From positions 5,816,301-5,880,300 of the forward strand of contig CM082577.2 of NCBI GenBank assembly GCA_040954595.2: 64,000 nt of DNA, read 5' to 3'. Positions 23,107 through 37,400 of the stretch are shown one piece after another (position 1 is the first letter of the stretch; each line of letters starts with the position of its first letter). The stretch is from Balanoglossus misakiensis. Its lineage: Eukaryota; Animalia; Hemichordata. Position numbers and translations under genes: made by a program. The notes below the pieces were generated by a model. The model saw nothing but the letters and a program-made list of their open reading frames with translations, was not told the DNA's origin and did no database searches.

Positions 23107-23754
23107 TCCCTGGAGGGAGAGATCAATATTTGTCTCTTTATTTTTTTGAGATGGAAAAAAAATTTCATGGGAGGAAAATGAGCTGAGTGAAACACGCACC
23201 GAAGTGGTCTTCAGAATAATAGTCATAGTTTACAATAATATATACTGATGTTGTTATCTAACACAAATTATTTAAATTTATGACACGTTTTTTTCAACTT
23301 GATGGGATTCAGTAAACAGAACAACAAGCCGTAATTCACAAATGAACCGTAAACAACCAAAATAATGTCAAAAGATGTTGATTTCATTCCTGTGACGAGA
23401 AAAGTATAGGGACATCAGAATCATATCAAAAGCATTTTCAATTCTACACAATGCATTCTGATTTGGCTACTTTTCTCAGGAATATTGAAAAAAAAATTAG
23501 TGACAAAAAAGAGTTTTGTCATGTTTGAGTGGGAATATTTCGGCGGTCAGCACATGTAGATATGAAAGAAAATATTATGAGAAAAAAAATACTGTAATCT
23601 ATACTTGCCGTTCTGCTGATGATAAGAGTATTTTCATAAGAGGCTTTCGCGACGGTGGGGTATAAAATCAACTATGCCTGGCCAGATTTCAATAATCCAT
23701 CATAGATCATTTATACCTTGCCACACCTTTTCTACGTTAAACCACTTGGTGTAA

Positions 23755-23911
23755 GGGACTGTCTCAAATTCAAAATGTTTAACTTTTTCATTTATGAATG
23801 GAAAAGGGGGGGGGGGTGACATCATTTCAGTTGGTGAAGTTTGCTTCTGTATTTATTTTGTGGTGATCGAATTTTCTTCTTTATTACCTGTGCATTTCCT
23901 CGGATGGTCCC
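23755..23911. mobile_element. Small degenerate Tourist/PIF-Harbinger-like MITE
   Basis: TAA|GGGACTGTC ... GATGGTCCC|TAA: imperfect 9-bp terminal inverted repeats (7/9), TAA on both sides, internal G-run. Confidence 0.45.
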
Positions 23912-26366
23912 TAAAACCACCTTGTTTTGCCAAAAGTAGTGTTTTCCAAAATGACAGCTAAGTGCAGATAAAGTACCTTATTTTTATATGGTTTAATCTT
24001 ATTTTCAGACACCCCAGCCTTCTAGGGTATTAGATAAAGTATGGTATTTATTTTAATACAAGTTAATGTTTATTTTATGTTTACTTAAAGGGGTATTCTG
24101 AACAACTGTCATTTCTAAGCAATCTTCTTACTTATTTCATGAAATATTCTTATTATTTAAAAAGGTCTTATTTATTACTTCTTTTCTATATTATTTTATC
24201 AAGAAAAGGGAAAGTTTTGCAAACAACTTTCATGGCTTTTTGTCTGGATAATTCCACTGTACGATCTTTTATCAAACACAGCTTTTTAATTGAAAATTAA
24301 CCTGACCTTGCTTGGCAGGGCTGCAAGCATGTTATAGTGTGTACGGCAGCGAATCGGCACTTCATAGGAAAAGCATTGCCTGTCTGGTAGTATCTCCCCT
24401 TTCCTCATCCCACCTGACCCTCCCCCCCCCCCCCCCCCGAATTAGTTCCCCCAGCCAATGCAAAGGCCGACAAAGTAATATTTGGCTATTAAAAATATGT
24501 GAAGATTTGCCTTTTGCCAATAGCATCTGAATGTGAAAAGATACCGGGATTGATTAAACTGTGCATTAATCCTAATACCGCAGCAAGACTTAAAGCCGGC
24601 ATATTGGATCTCAATAAGTGAATTAAAGTGGATGAACCTAAATATGCCTGATGAAAAAAATTAAACCTATATGGTATGTGCGTATTAACCTTGAACTTCA
24701 CAAGTGATCAATATGTTCCTTTGAGTTGCAATTTGCCGACTGCACTTTTGATCAGAAATACTGATCCGAAAGCCCGCGTTTTTCATCAATACGCTTTCGC
24801 TTGAAACCCACGCTCCGCACATTGCAATCCCTATGCACACGACTCTTCTTGACTTTCTATGAATAATGCATGAGGATATTAAATCTAGGCCAGTAACATT
24901 GCAGCTAGTCATCGCGGCAACGGCCAGTGAACTCCGCTCGTCGGCTCTCTCTCTCTCTCCGAGGATCACTTTAACGTGTTTGCGCCCACTGCGCTTCGGC
25001 GAGTTGATGGGATTGTGGTCACCGTTGAAATCTTTAACCGGAGATCCACAATATAGTTCCAGGAAATTAAAACTGCATGGCTTCCCCGCTTGGCTTTTTC
25101 TTTCATCTCTGGCATCAGGTTCGCTCTTATTAATCTCCCGCCGAGTCTGAAAAAAAATGTCCAAAACGTACGGGGGGAGTACAACGACAAACAAACGACT
25201 GTGGGTAATAGATTAAGAACACGCAATTCCTAAAAAAACGAGTTCAAAACCGCTTTCCAAGTTCTAATCTAAAGTCTGTGTGGGTATTTCCTGGTTTCAT
25301 GGCAAATTGGGAATGATATCCAGGCTGCATGGAAAATTAGGAATGATATCCTAGCGTGGTACCCCGAAGTGCAAGCTGGAGTCAAATGTACCATTGTGGA
25401 AAAGCTAGTTTATTCGATAAATATAAATCCCAATCATGATTGCTAGAGTGAGAATCCCCACAAGCGAACTATACTAGGCCTACATCTATTTGTATCTGAC
25501 GGTGTGTGTGTGGAGTGACCTTGATTAAATCAAGCTGTATCCATAACCAATGGAACTACAAGGACAGTAGGTGTACCTTTTTGATGTAACCCCGATATTT
25601 ATGTTCTGTGCATCAGCTACAATTGCTTCTTGTTCTCTCACAGCGTGTTGGAAACAGTATAGGAGTATTGTACGACTTTCTGAAGTACAGCGCCCTCTGC
25701 GACGCGCGCAATTTTCCTATAACACAAGAGGAACCCTTTTTGCAAAAACGTGCTAAATTGTTTGGGTGTTTTGAACTGAAAGTTAATATAAAAAAATGAT
25801 GATACGTTCTTATTAATGAAACGCAATCCAGTCTCATTTTAATTGTTTCGGCTCGATGCGAGAAACGTGACATTTGCTTGATAGGAAGTTTTAGGGTCCC
25901 CAGCATCAATATGTTTATTCAATATTATATTGCAATCCCGAATTCTACCCTATGCCACAGTAACTCTGTTGAAAACCATGGCAACCGATCGTTTGCGATA
26001 CCACCGAGGCAACTGACTTTCCATATACACCAGCAAAACAGCTTGCATTTACATCTGACATAAAAGTGTAAGTAATATGATCATGACTGACATGTACATT
26101 GTACGTGTTCACCACTTTGATGATATGTTTTCAGTTTACGCTGTTATAAAAACCACCTGGTACTCGAGGCTTTACGCTAACATAGGAGAGATATCACGAA
26201 TTTTAAAATTTAATAACTCTGCGGCGCTTATACGCCCAGCAGAGCCACAATCTTTAATATCGATATCCTCGTCGTGATAAAGAAATATTTTTTGAGCATT
26301 TCTCTGCCATGCGATATACATGTATTATTATTATTATTTCATTTTTTTGTTTCTATATATTACGAA

Positions 26367-26414
26367 GTTGTGGTGGTGGTGGTGGTGGTGGTGGTGGTGG
26401 TGGTGGTGGTGGTG
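26367..26414. repeat. (GGT)n microsatellite
   Basis: About 15 consecutive GTG/GGT units seen directly. They explain the poly-Val and poly-Thr ORFs in the track. Confidence 0.95.
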
Positions 26415-29400
26415 AAAAAAATGCTCAATTTCATTCTATTACAAATGAACGCTGCAGTGACTTTGTCGTCTGATTGTACATTAATAACTGAAATTATGAT
26501 TTTTATAATTGGAACTTTCTGACTTCTGCCCTTCCAACTGAAGTCGAGTGAGGTGTTCCCACGCTTGACCCCTCCCCCCCCCCGCAAGCATGCAGGGAGG
26601 TTCTAGTGCCGCGTTGAAAAATCGGGCCTACGCACGTCGTCGCTGCAGAAAGAAGACAGTCGCACCCCCCCCCCCCCGATGAATTTCCAGAAAGTGCGTA
26701 GGATGTCGTGCATGCCATGTCCCTCATTAAAAATGCACTCTTGTGCGAAACAGCCCAGGGTGTACTCTCTGTTATTTGCCGACCAACCCGCTCGCTCTAA
26801 AGGATCGCTCCTGGCTCATGCACTTTGCAAGGGTGGGCGCGCCATTTACACTGAAGCTATAGTACACGAGAAATCGTTTGATTCGCATTAAGCAGGCTAA
26901 TTAGTGGGGGGCTTCTTAAGAGATTGTGTTCAAATACCAGCTAATAGAGCATGTACAGAAATCACAGCTGAATATGAAACTGGAGCGTACATTTTTTTTA
27001 AATCATGCAAAAAATATCGCAAATATTTTCTAGTGAGGATTTTGACGAAGGATATAGTTTTGCTACGGTTATTGATGTTTACCCCAACGTGAACAGGTCG
27101 CAGCTTTTTAATTTGGTTTATTTGAAAATATGAATTCCCTTCGTTTCATGGATCGACAGATGTTACAGCAAAATTTTACCGCGTTAGAAATCAAACAGGG
27201 GGAACTAAGCAACGGCACAGAAAACATGGCCAGTGGCGCTTTTTGAAGAACTTTATATAAAATTGTTTTCAAAAGCATAAGTGAAACATACGGCATATCC
27301 ACAGAGAATGTGTGCGGTCACGTTCTGTAATCATTTGTCATATAGTATGTATACACCGATAAGTAGTAACCACGCCAATACACATTTCGACCTAAATAAA
27401 GAAATATATAATTATCATAATTTGAATGATAATATTTTGAACTGCAACGAAAATTTAACTTTAGAAGTAATTTTATGGTTTATTATCAGAATACACATTT
27501 TTAAAGGCTGCTTAAAATTGACATGGGGGACTACACATGCGCAGAAATTCGAGCCTCAAAATGACCGATTTTGAAGTTTCCCCACAAGAAAATCATAAGG
27601 CCAGCGAAGCCATCCGATCATCGATTGTTTGCGTATTCCTCCAGACTCTCGACCAGTTTGAAAACATGATCAATCATGTATGCGTATCCACAGCAACGAT
27701 AACTGCCTGTATGGTGTCCGAACGCACATATGGTGGCAATAATGGAGGGCATGGCACTTTTGATATCCAAAAAATAGAATTCACCCCCCGACCAGTCCTT
27801 AACATCACAAAATTAAGTTATAGAAGTACTCTGTTTTCCTAACGACACGCCATAGCATCTGTGTAACACACGTATTAAAACGTCCATGCGATCGCCGATG
27901 ACGACGCCTGTTTCAGACATTTAAATTCCGATGTTCATTTAAAAGATGACGGTCGTTTTCCCTCGTCTAAACGTTTCATGCTATTAAGTTTCAATTAATA
28001 CGCGGCCATCTCCAGTGAGCTCGCCAGATATAATACTGATCCGACATCGCAATATTCATCGATTGCTGAGTGTGAAACACTCATGATCATATTAATTGGC
28101 ACAATTTATATTCCATCGCATTTCCCAGTTGTTCGCGGCTCAAACGCTGCGTAAAATAATTAACCACGCCGCCTGTTCTCTGAAGTTGACCGGCACGACT
28201 GAAACCCGTGCCTTGACGTAACGCGACGTGACGAGACAAGTAAAGAGTATATTGATATGGTCATGAAAAATGAGACGACGACGCGACATGGTTCATTAAA
28301 ACGGACCAAGTCCTGTTGAAGGTCGCTCTCTTTCGTGTCCATGAACGGGCAATCATTTTTAGGTATCATTGCGTATGTTACTTGTGGTCGCTGATGACAT
28401 GTTATTGTTCTGATACGATTGTGGTGGTGTCGAGCTAGTTAGCAGAATTCAACATATTAGAAAACGGATAATAATTTGTTTTATTTTGTATCGTATTCGT
28501 ATTTTTACATATACAATATTGTTTTCGACTGAAAAAAAATCCTCTCTACAGCGCCCTCTTCGGTGATGGCCACGCCATCAATATTTTATTCAAAAAACAA
28601 AAGATCTCGTACCGAGTACCAATGAGATCTCTGACTGTTTAACCTTGGATTGGATATCGGCCTTGGTCACGCATAATTTTCTCTTCCTGTAAATACGAAA
28701 ACTTCAAAAGTACCGAAAGCTGCACAGAGACACATTTGCAACCCTTCCTGTTTTCCAGGCCCTACATGGAAAACGTCTATATCGGTCGTCCAGCGGCAAG
28801 GCGGCTTTACCTTTTGAAGTCAGCGAATCCACCCAAAGGCTAGGAGTGTATGTGTTCGCATGTTGTACTGTCGGTTTGCGGGATATCACAAAGAAAAGTG
28901 TGCATATTGTCCATGCAGAAGGGGGGAACTCTCTTGAAAAAAAAAGCCTCGTGTACCGCGCGGTGTTCTAGATAGATAAATGCTGTAGGGCTGAGCGGCA
29001 GAGTCACGCAGACTACGTCTGTCCGTCTCCTCAACCGGCGTCATATTGATGGGTTTTTGAAGGGTCTTTATTATTGAGCTCACCGACTCTTATCCCAACC
29101 GTAGGGCTTCCGTGATCTTTGAGAAAATTGCCAAACTTATGCGCGTGTGTACTCATGGACTTAATTTTGTGTTTCCAATCAACTTGATCAGGTCACTGAA
29201 GCCCCCCCTCCCGTAAAATTAGTACTCGGAGGTTCGTTACCGTAGAATTTTCTACAGAATCATAGGGCTCTTCAGTCGATGGGTTTGATCGTAGATGTAC
29301 AATACGGTACATGGTTTGAAGAATTGAAGAATTCATAGACAAGCATAGGGGGCTTTAACAATAAAATTACACCACTAATCCGCATGCTATTGTTATTTGT

Positions 29401-31005
29401 TAACAAAACTCGTGGCAGCTTTGCGTGCGCGCGCGCAAATGCGCGTTGCCCCCCCCCCCCCCCCCCGCGAAAAAAACACACACACACACACACCTTATAA
29501 AGTGATACAGTAGCATAGAACAGTATCGGTTCTCCAAAGAAATTCTAAACACGGTGTTATTAAAGATTTTTATCAGTCTATAGCTGTGGAGTGTTTATTT
29601 ACGAACTGATTCCCAGGGGATTTGTTTTCGAAATTATTTTGCAAAAATTAATATCATGTTGCGAAAGATGACTTAGTCTAGAACATGGTTCTAATCGTAG
29701 ACATTTATATAGGATTATATCGAGAGTGTAGACATCGGATTACAAAAGCTGTGGTTATTCCCTTGCCAAGCTTTAAAACACACACAGATGTACCGAGCAA
29801 GATAATTTCTCGATATTTCAATAGATCGTTACGATATTATTCAAAACGACCTGTTTTCAAACGACAAGTCTCGGAAAAAAACATCTTGTAAGTATTGATG
29901 CTGAGCAAGGGTCAGCTCACCATCAGCGGAGATGAATCGATTTCAACTCGAACTATCACTTTCACCATATCAATCAGTACATCAATTAATGAACATTTCG
30001 AACTATCCAGTAATTACTTTTGGAGTCAAATGCAAGATAACTCTGCTCTGTCCTCGCCTTCCCCCCTGCTATTAAAACGCGCGAAGAACTGAAAACCGAT
30101 TACCGTGAAAAAAAGGTTTGTTGCTTCCCACCTATCCTAGTTACAACTTGTTCCCTCTGCGCGGCCGTCTAAATTTTCACCCTATTCATAACAGATGTTT
30201 GTATTTAGGCGTATTTACCGTCATGTAACGGGAAATGTATACATTTTTCAGGAGCCGCCCACATGAAACGAATTGCATACATGTTGAAATGCCAAACCCC
30301 GAAGCCCTTTCTAGGCCGTTCGCATTCCGAGCTGAAGGGTTGCGAATATCGAAAACGTCGGCATTTTTGTGAGGCTTATGCCCTGCAATGGGGGTTTAGA
30401 ATTCAAAATTTCATTGAATTTAGCGTCAAAGAAACGGCGTTTATATGCGCGTTGCGAGAGGGATTTTACTTGTTCGACAGTGAAACATGTTTGGTCCTGT
30501 GTGAATTCGCCTATCTTCCCGCGGGCAGAGAGTAGAAGTATGGACTCACTTCTACTGAGAATTTCGACTTGATGCGAGAATGAATAACGCAGTGTTGTTG
30601 CCATGGTTCCTAGAATCAAGGTCTTTTCAACGACAAGCCTTCTACTTTGAACAATTTTCTTTTGTCCGAGAGAGAGTTGAAGTTTTACAACTGTACCTCA
30701 GCCACCTTCCACAAGTTGTTTGAAGTTAGGCCACGTTTTCTTAGATATGGTGGCCACAATTTTCATTTTTGCGTTGCCATGCATGATCAAGCAACATTGC
30801 TGTGCATATCTTGTTGTACAAGTAGAGCGACATCCTATCTGCGCTTTTTCCGTCGATACAACCTTCGCTTACGCAAGAAAATAGATCGATAAAATAATCG
30901 TTGCTGCAGTACCCAGCAAACTTTCAAACGTCATATGAGATTAAAGTTATGGGGTGTTCAACTTTATTTTCAACACGAACCATCAGACGTCATCTGGCTA
31001 GCTTA

Positions 31006-31813
31006 GGCTGCATTCACAAACACCTCTGGAGGGGGGGGGGCAGGAGAATTGAGGGGGGGGGGATTTGAAAAAATTGAGGGTATGTAAGGGGGGGATTTGA
31101 AATAATTTAGGGACTGAAAGGGGGGGACGAAAACTTTAACGACTAAATATTTATTTTGAGTCCACAAAAATGCAGTTTCGCGCCCTTTATTTTACAAAAT
31201 TTTCTAATGTGGGAGGGGGACACCCCCTCCCACACCCACCCCCTCCATTCATCTACACCTTTCAATCATTGACTGGTTTATCTAGTGTCCCAGGTCAGGG
31301 GACTTGCCCCACCCCATGATAACTTTGAGCGGCGACGGTTAAATTTGTCCTCCCCAACATACCGGTAGTTGAGTTAATTTGCTTTTGCCGGGTTCACTAA
31401 AATGCAGCTTTGAGCTCTGTATTTTAGAAAATTTTCTTACGTGGGAGGGAGACACCCCCTCCCAAACCCACCCCTTCAATTCTCGGTTTACAATGTCTCC
31501 CAACACAGAATACAAATATATGTACTTAAAAAATAAGAACAATGTTCAGTTTTAATACCCACTGATGAGGGGAAACATCAGTTTCAAATTCTTTTCATGG
31601 GAGCGCTGTTTTTCTTTTTACAAGATAGATAGGTGATGTGTTTTGCTCTGTGAAAGAAAATGGGGGGGGGGGATTTCAAAATTTTGGCAGTTCGGAAGGG
31701 GGGGATTTGAAAATATTGGCAGTTCGGAAGGGGGGCATGTGAAAATTAGCGGTAAAAAAAATTGAATTCTCCCGCCCCCCCCCCCCCCTCCACAGGTGTT
31801 TGTGAATGCAGCC
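31006..31813. mobile_element. Non-autonomous PIF/Harbinger-type DNA transposon (808-bp MITE)
   Basis: About 45-bp TIRs GGCTGCATTCACAAACACCT[C/G]TGGAG(G)nC[A/G]GGAGAATT at both ends, with a 3-bp TTA duplication at 31003-31005 and 31814-31816. An ~85-bp internal direct repeat starts near 31162 and 31394. Subterminal GGGGGGATTT(G/C)AAA repeats; no transposase ORF. Confidence 0.88.
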
Positions 31814-34409
31814 TTATGGGTTGTCACCAACAATGGCTTGTTAAAAGTATCACGCTAAATTTTCGGGTCCGTCGTCTTGAAAGGTTGAAATGTTATCCAA
31901 TCGAATGAGTCGTTACACTCCTGTGTGTATCCATGGCCAATGGGGTTGCCTGTTGCATGCATCCCGCTGGGCACGTTGTAGTGTAGTGTAGTGTCATGTC
32001 AGCGGATGCAGATGGAGCGGCTTCTGAATAATCTTTGGGGAAAATGTTTATGAATTTTACCAGAGGTCAGAGTAGCAAAGCGAAGAGGGAGCATTAGACA
32101 AACATGGCAATATTGAGGATTTTTTATTTTAGATTAGCTGAAACTCTTGCACGAAAAAACTGAGTGATGGCTAAAGGTGAGTGCAAACGAACTACAAATG
32201 GCGGAAAACACACCTTCAATGAAATCAGGATATTTATACATCCCAGGCTAACTGGCTGTAAATGGTGGTTGGAATATGAATTTGCGCAAAATTTCGGACT
32301 CATTGCTTAGAATGAATATTTCGTGAAAGAAAATCACCCATAAAATGAATTCACTTGCTAATGTTAGAATCTGAACTGTACTCTACCAGACTGCTACGGC
32401 CGTCAGTGAAATAGTTTGTCCTTGTGTTTTTATTTAGCTATCCTGGAGGGCACATGGTGTCGATAGGGCACTTGAAATATTGAGATTTCTTGGGAGTAAC
32501 AAGGAGACCCATCTATGGTGAGTGCAATTATATCACTTTTTAAACCAAAACTCACATTGTTCCCCCCCCCTCTGTAGTAGGTCAGTAAAGTGTGAAAATA
32601 CATGTACCATTTGCATGGTCTTGTACTGCACTGTGAAGCACTGCCTTCCAGACCAGACAAATCACTCACACACGCACACGAACATACTCAAAATTGTACA
32701 CGACTCTGAGACGTTTGTGTTTCATGATTTTAAAAATATATATAAATTTATTGTTTCAAAACCTACATATGAATTCATGTACATCTAAAGCCATGCATTT
32801 GGCAACCAAAAAATGTCTTTATATGTAACCATGGTTACAATAACAAAAGTTGACTGAAATGTTCCTAAGAAACAAGATAGGGTAACGGCAGGGATTGTGT
32901 ATTTCATTTCTATGTACAATGCCTAAAAATAAAACAAGGCACATGGAAACAATGCCAACGTGAACAGTGGAAAAAAAATGTGTAGAGACATGAAAACTGC
33001 AGCGAACCTTGTTTTAAATAAATATGCAGTTTTTAAGACTATAAAGGATATATGTTGGCTTGTACATGCCATTCTCTGTAGAGACAGTAACACAAAACTG
33101 TGACATGTGAAAGACGTCCCATTACAAAGCAGGTTTCTCTCGTCAAGAATCTGTGATTTTTTCCCTTTTATCTTCAAAAAATTACAACTAACATTAGAGA
33201 TGAGATAAAATTTATGTACTTTGATATAATTATCATTATACACAGGCAAAAAAAGGATGGACTTTGTGGGAAAAATTTACATAGGTTACATGATCAGAAA
33301 AAGAAGGAAAGAAACAAAAAAAAATAGCTCATTTCATTACTAAAAACTTTCACATCAGCTCGTCACGCATCTCATAAATAACTCTGAAGCAACTTCCTCG
33401 ACGCAATTACAACTGAGTTTTAGGGTATACTGGATATTTTGGCTTTTGTCCCTGTATCACGTAAAAGCCTTGGTATAATATATATATAATTTTTATTATT
33501 TTTTTTTACAAAAAAATGAGTGGGGCCACTGGCATTCAAGCAAGCCCCCAAGTTGAGCTGTTTTAGATGTTCACTCACTTTGCATTGTACAGGTTCATGA
33601 ACGAGTTCAGACTATATCACAGCAAAAAGTCGTAAATCGTGTACATGGCATTTGAGGTGGGGGAGGGGGAGGGGGGGGGTTAAGAGCAACCCTAAGAGTT
33701 ACAGTGAAGCTTACGGTCCTCCCATCATGCATTGCAATCACTGCTGCTGTCAATAGAAAAACAAAACACCCCCAGGTTTCAGAAACTAGAAATTAAATGT
33801 GATAAAAATATGGAAAGACATTTTTTCTTATAAAACAAATTTCTCAATACAGCAGTGAATCTTTATGATTTTAGGTATAAAAGCAATATATAATGGGAGG
33901 CGCGAGTCGGTGCCTAAGTGCATGCTTTAAATCACAATTTTTTTTTAAAAAGCCAGCTTCCCCCTCGGCTTGTGTCTCAAAATTTGTTAGAACATAATTG
34001 GCGGCCTGACCAAGTCCGTACAAAAATAACATTAATCTTCATCCCATAATAAGTGGTGTAGAAACACACAAATAACTCTTGAGACATGTTTTTTTTCATC
34101 TTCTGGGAGTTGAAATGAATTAAATGTAAAAAAAAAACATGAAGTAATGTACATGCCATAGTCTGACACAAGGATAATTCTTTCTGATTTCCTGACATTC
34201 ATAATTTCAGCTGCTGCTAGTTATCTGTTTCTATCAAGTTAAATAGTATATCTGGGCTCGCTTTTTCCTAATTTTTAGTCAGTTAGCTAGTCTACGTAGC
34301 ACCTCTATATGATGTTTTCTTATTCTGTAAGTATACGGCGGTAACAAAATTAACGCCTTCGTTCACAAGTTTTTTTAATAATGTCTTGTTTAAAAAGAAA
34401 CCCATTCAA

Positions 34410-37400
34410 TCAAGTGCTTGTGTCAATCTTTTCAACCTTGCCGACAATTTTGCCTTCGAAGATTGGTAGGAGGGCGCTGTCATCGGAGACGATCTCGTGT
34501 ACCACGCCGCACTCAAATTCGTTGCTCGCTTTCTTGAAAACATATCTGTAACAGGAAGAAGAAATCGTTGTAAGCAAAAGGAATTGCACACACAAGATAG
34601 AGTAGTGCTGTCTTGGATATAATACTGTCTCACATACAGACACCATTGTGTTTGCAGTGGAGTCACTGTAGTAGTTGTGTAGATGGCGGGTGGGGTTCAG
34701 TTTGTCTTGAAAAAGACGTGACTGCTTCACAGTTCTTGCTGAAGTTATCCAGCAAGGGACAACAGAGCACTATTCTGAGATGAATCCAGTTTTGAACTTT
34801 ACGGAATCTCGCAGGACCGTCATGCAAAAATTCCAAAGTACTGGTAATAAATGTTGAGGGTACAGACACTGATGTTTATCAGAAACTGAAACATAAAAAG
34901 TTTTCCTCCTGGACAGAACTGCAACCATGTACAGATAAAAATCGTCAATGGTGATGATGGACTTACTGCACATTTGGCAGTTTCATCAAACATTCAATGA
35001 AATTTGAATGAAATTTAATGTACGATCATTTTGTGTCGTGGGTGCATCCAGCTATTCTCTACAAATATAACTATACTGTGCAGCCTTGTGCATTTTGATC
35101 CAGACTATCATCATCAATGTCATGAGACAAAGCTGCACATTTTTATGCATTAAATCAGAAAAAGCTGTTTTTTTCTCCCCTTTTTTTTCTTAAACTCTGA
35201 ACTGATGCTTTATCTTTTGATCTTGTCATGGGATTAGGCGGGGGAGCGAGCGCGAGAGAGTTGCAGCAGACATGAATCCGATCAGGATATGCCGGGTATG
35301 GCACTTGTGGGACTTCGGCTTCATTACGCTACAAAACACACAAGCATATCCGTGACTGCCCCTGGGAATACTCAAACCGATTCCGCAGGATTCCACAGGC
35401 TTCTCCACAGCTTCAGACGATGGGCCCCCGTCACCTCACCAGGTCAAGACTTCCCTAACACACAACGCCCCATGTTACAGTAACATTTTTGAAGATGAGA
35501 AACCGTTCCGCTCAAATCCGAGATAATCTTACAGGAGTACCATTACAGGCTACAATTACCACCAATTTACGGATTAATCTCTGCCCTGGAACCATATGAC
35601 CCTCTTAATTTGATAGAAAGCCCTAAATTATGAATATAAGCAGCCCTGTCAGTTAAGGACGACTGGCACATTATCCTTCAATCCGAAACGAACTGTTTAT
35701 TAGCATGTGTGAATCTCCAAGCAGGCACAGCGCACCACAACATCCACCATCCCGTAGCCACCGATTTATCACCAAGTATTCTCACAGACTGCAAGACGCA
35801 GACTTCAATGAAAAGTGGGTTGAATATCGGAGGAAGAAATGAAATCTTGAAATGTTGATACTTACTGGTAATTACCCTTCTTTGTAATGAGTGACTTGAA
35901 CTGCGCCAAGGTGATGTCTTTTCCGCTGATCGACGTCCTGTACGGGATCGGCTCTGAGCAGAAGAAATACGCAACAACTGTAGACTCCGACGAGTCCCTA
36001 TTGCTTGATGTTGATGTACTCTTGGTGCGAGATGTCTTCTTCCTGCAAATGTCAGAGATGCAATTCAACTGTTAGCTGTTTCACTTCCTGTTTGTGTGAG
36101 CAAGTGGTTGACACTTGATAATACCCGTCATTACAATCCCCACCTATAACACCTGATGTCAGTCAATGAAGCGATTGTTTTGCTGATAAAGAAACCAGGG
36201 TGAATCCAAGGGGACAAGGGAGACTAGTATGATGACAAGGTTGCACCACTTACATCGTTGAGGTATTGCTGCTTTGTTTCAGCTCTTCGTCACCGGGTTC
36301 TATCGACGTGAGGTCTGTCACTGTCTTACTGGCCGCAGTGGTTCCCCTGGACTGAGTTTGACTGATGTTGGCCGAAGGCCTTCTATCTTTGCGAGATAAA
36401 TCGCTCTGATGCCTGAAGAGATGAGGAAAAATGTGGAGAAAAGGATTTCATTAGAAAAGCAAAATGATTGGTAATTTGTTCACAATAGCCAGGAATGATT
36501 ATAAGGGCTCGACAGCTTGCGGTAAATTGCATTACGATATTGTTATACTTTCTGTCCGCTCTGATCATACGATATTCACACAGTTGAAGAATAGAAAAGT
36601 GTGGAGAAATGACGCTTTTATAGTGACAAGTATATAATCACACATTCCACATGAGCTGTTGTTGATCACAAAAATGTAGCAGACTACAAGGTGTGGTCTG
36701 TCACACTTCAAGATGAAGGACCCCTTGTAAGTCTTAGTCACACCTCACACCCGAGTTGTTGTTGATCACAACAGTGTAGCCGGCTACCAAAGCGAGGTCT
36801 GTCACATCTCAAGATGGAGGAGGACCACTTGAGGAATCACTGTATAGTAGTGGCGAGGAGTGCAACTTACTTGGACTTGGGGTGTTTCCCCTTCTTCTCA
36901 TCGTCTATCCTCCTCCGCGCCTCTTCCAAGACACTTAGCGGGTCTGGAGGAGTATTGATGGGCATGTAGCGATCCTGTACGATCGGCTGCGACGGCTGTT
37001 TCTTGGACGTCCACGTCGCCTGTACAGGAAGCGGCCTCTCGCTGGAACTCGGCCTAGATGTATTGTATGCAACAGGCTTCTTGGAAGTCCTGCATGTATG
37101 GAAACAATGGTGTAAATATTAGCTAAATGGTATAAATCGGCAGTTACCTCCTACAGTCTTATTGGGAATGTATCAGCGACGCTCCTTGGGGAGGATATTT
37201 CTAGTAGCGATATCATATGCACCAGTGCAATAGTCTGAATACAACGGCAGATTAGAAAAACACTTGCTTCTTCTCTCCCTGTTTGCTTCTCCTGCCACCT
37301 TTTTTTTTCAGTGAATAAATAAACGTTCACTTACGAGATCCTGTGTGGAGACGGTGATGGTGACTGTGAAGGAATCTTGTGCGGTTGACGTTTATGCTTT

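Noticed and set aside
24685-25194. 169-aa minus-strand ORF in the intergenic region
   Set aside because: Non-ATG start, no recognisable domain, includes a (CT)n tract, and no supporting exon chain. More likely non-coding.
30100-30900. Possible decayed transposon-derived sequence
   Set aside because: No terminal repeats, TSD or coding remnant could be identified without a repeat library.
32160-32210. Plus-strand donor-like aaag|gtgagt and YY1-like AAATGGCGG suggesting a transcript antisense to the Axin 3' end
   Set aside because: Isolated short motifs with no matching acceptor or ORF; expected by chance.
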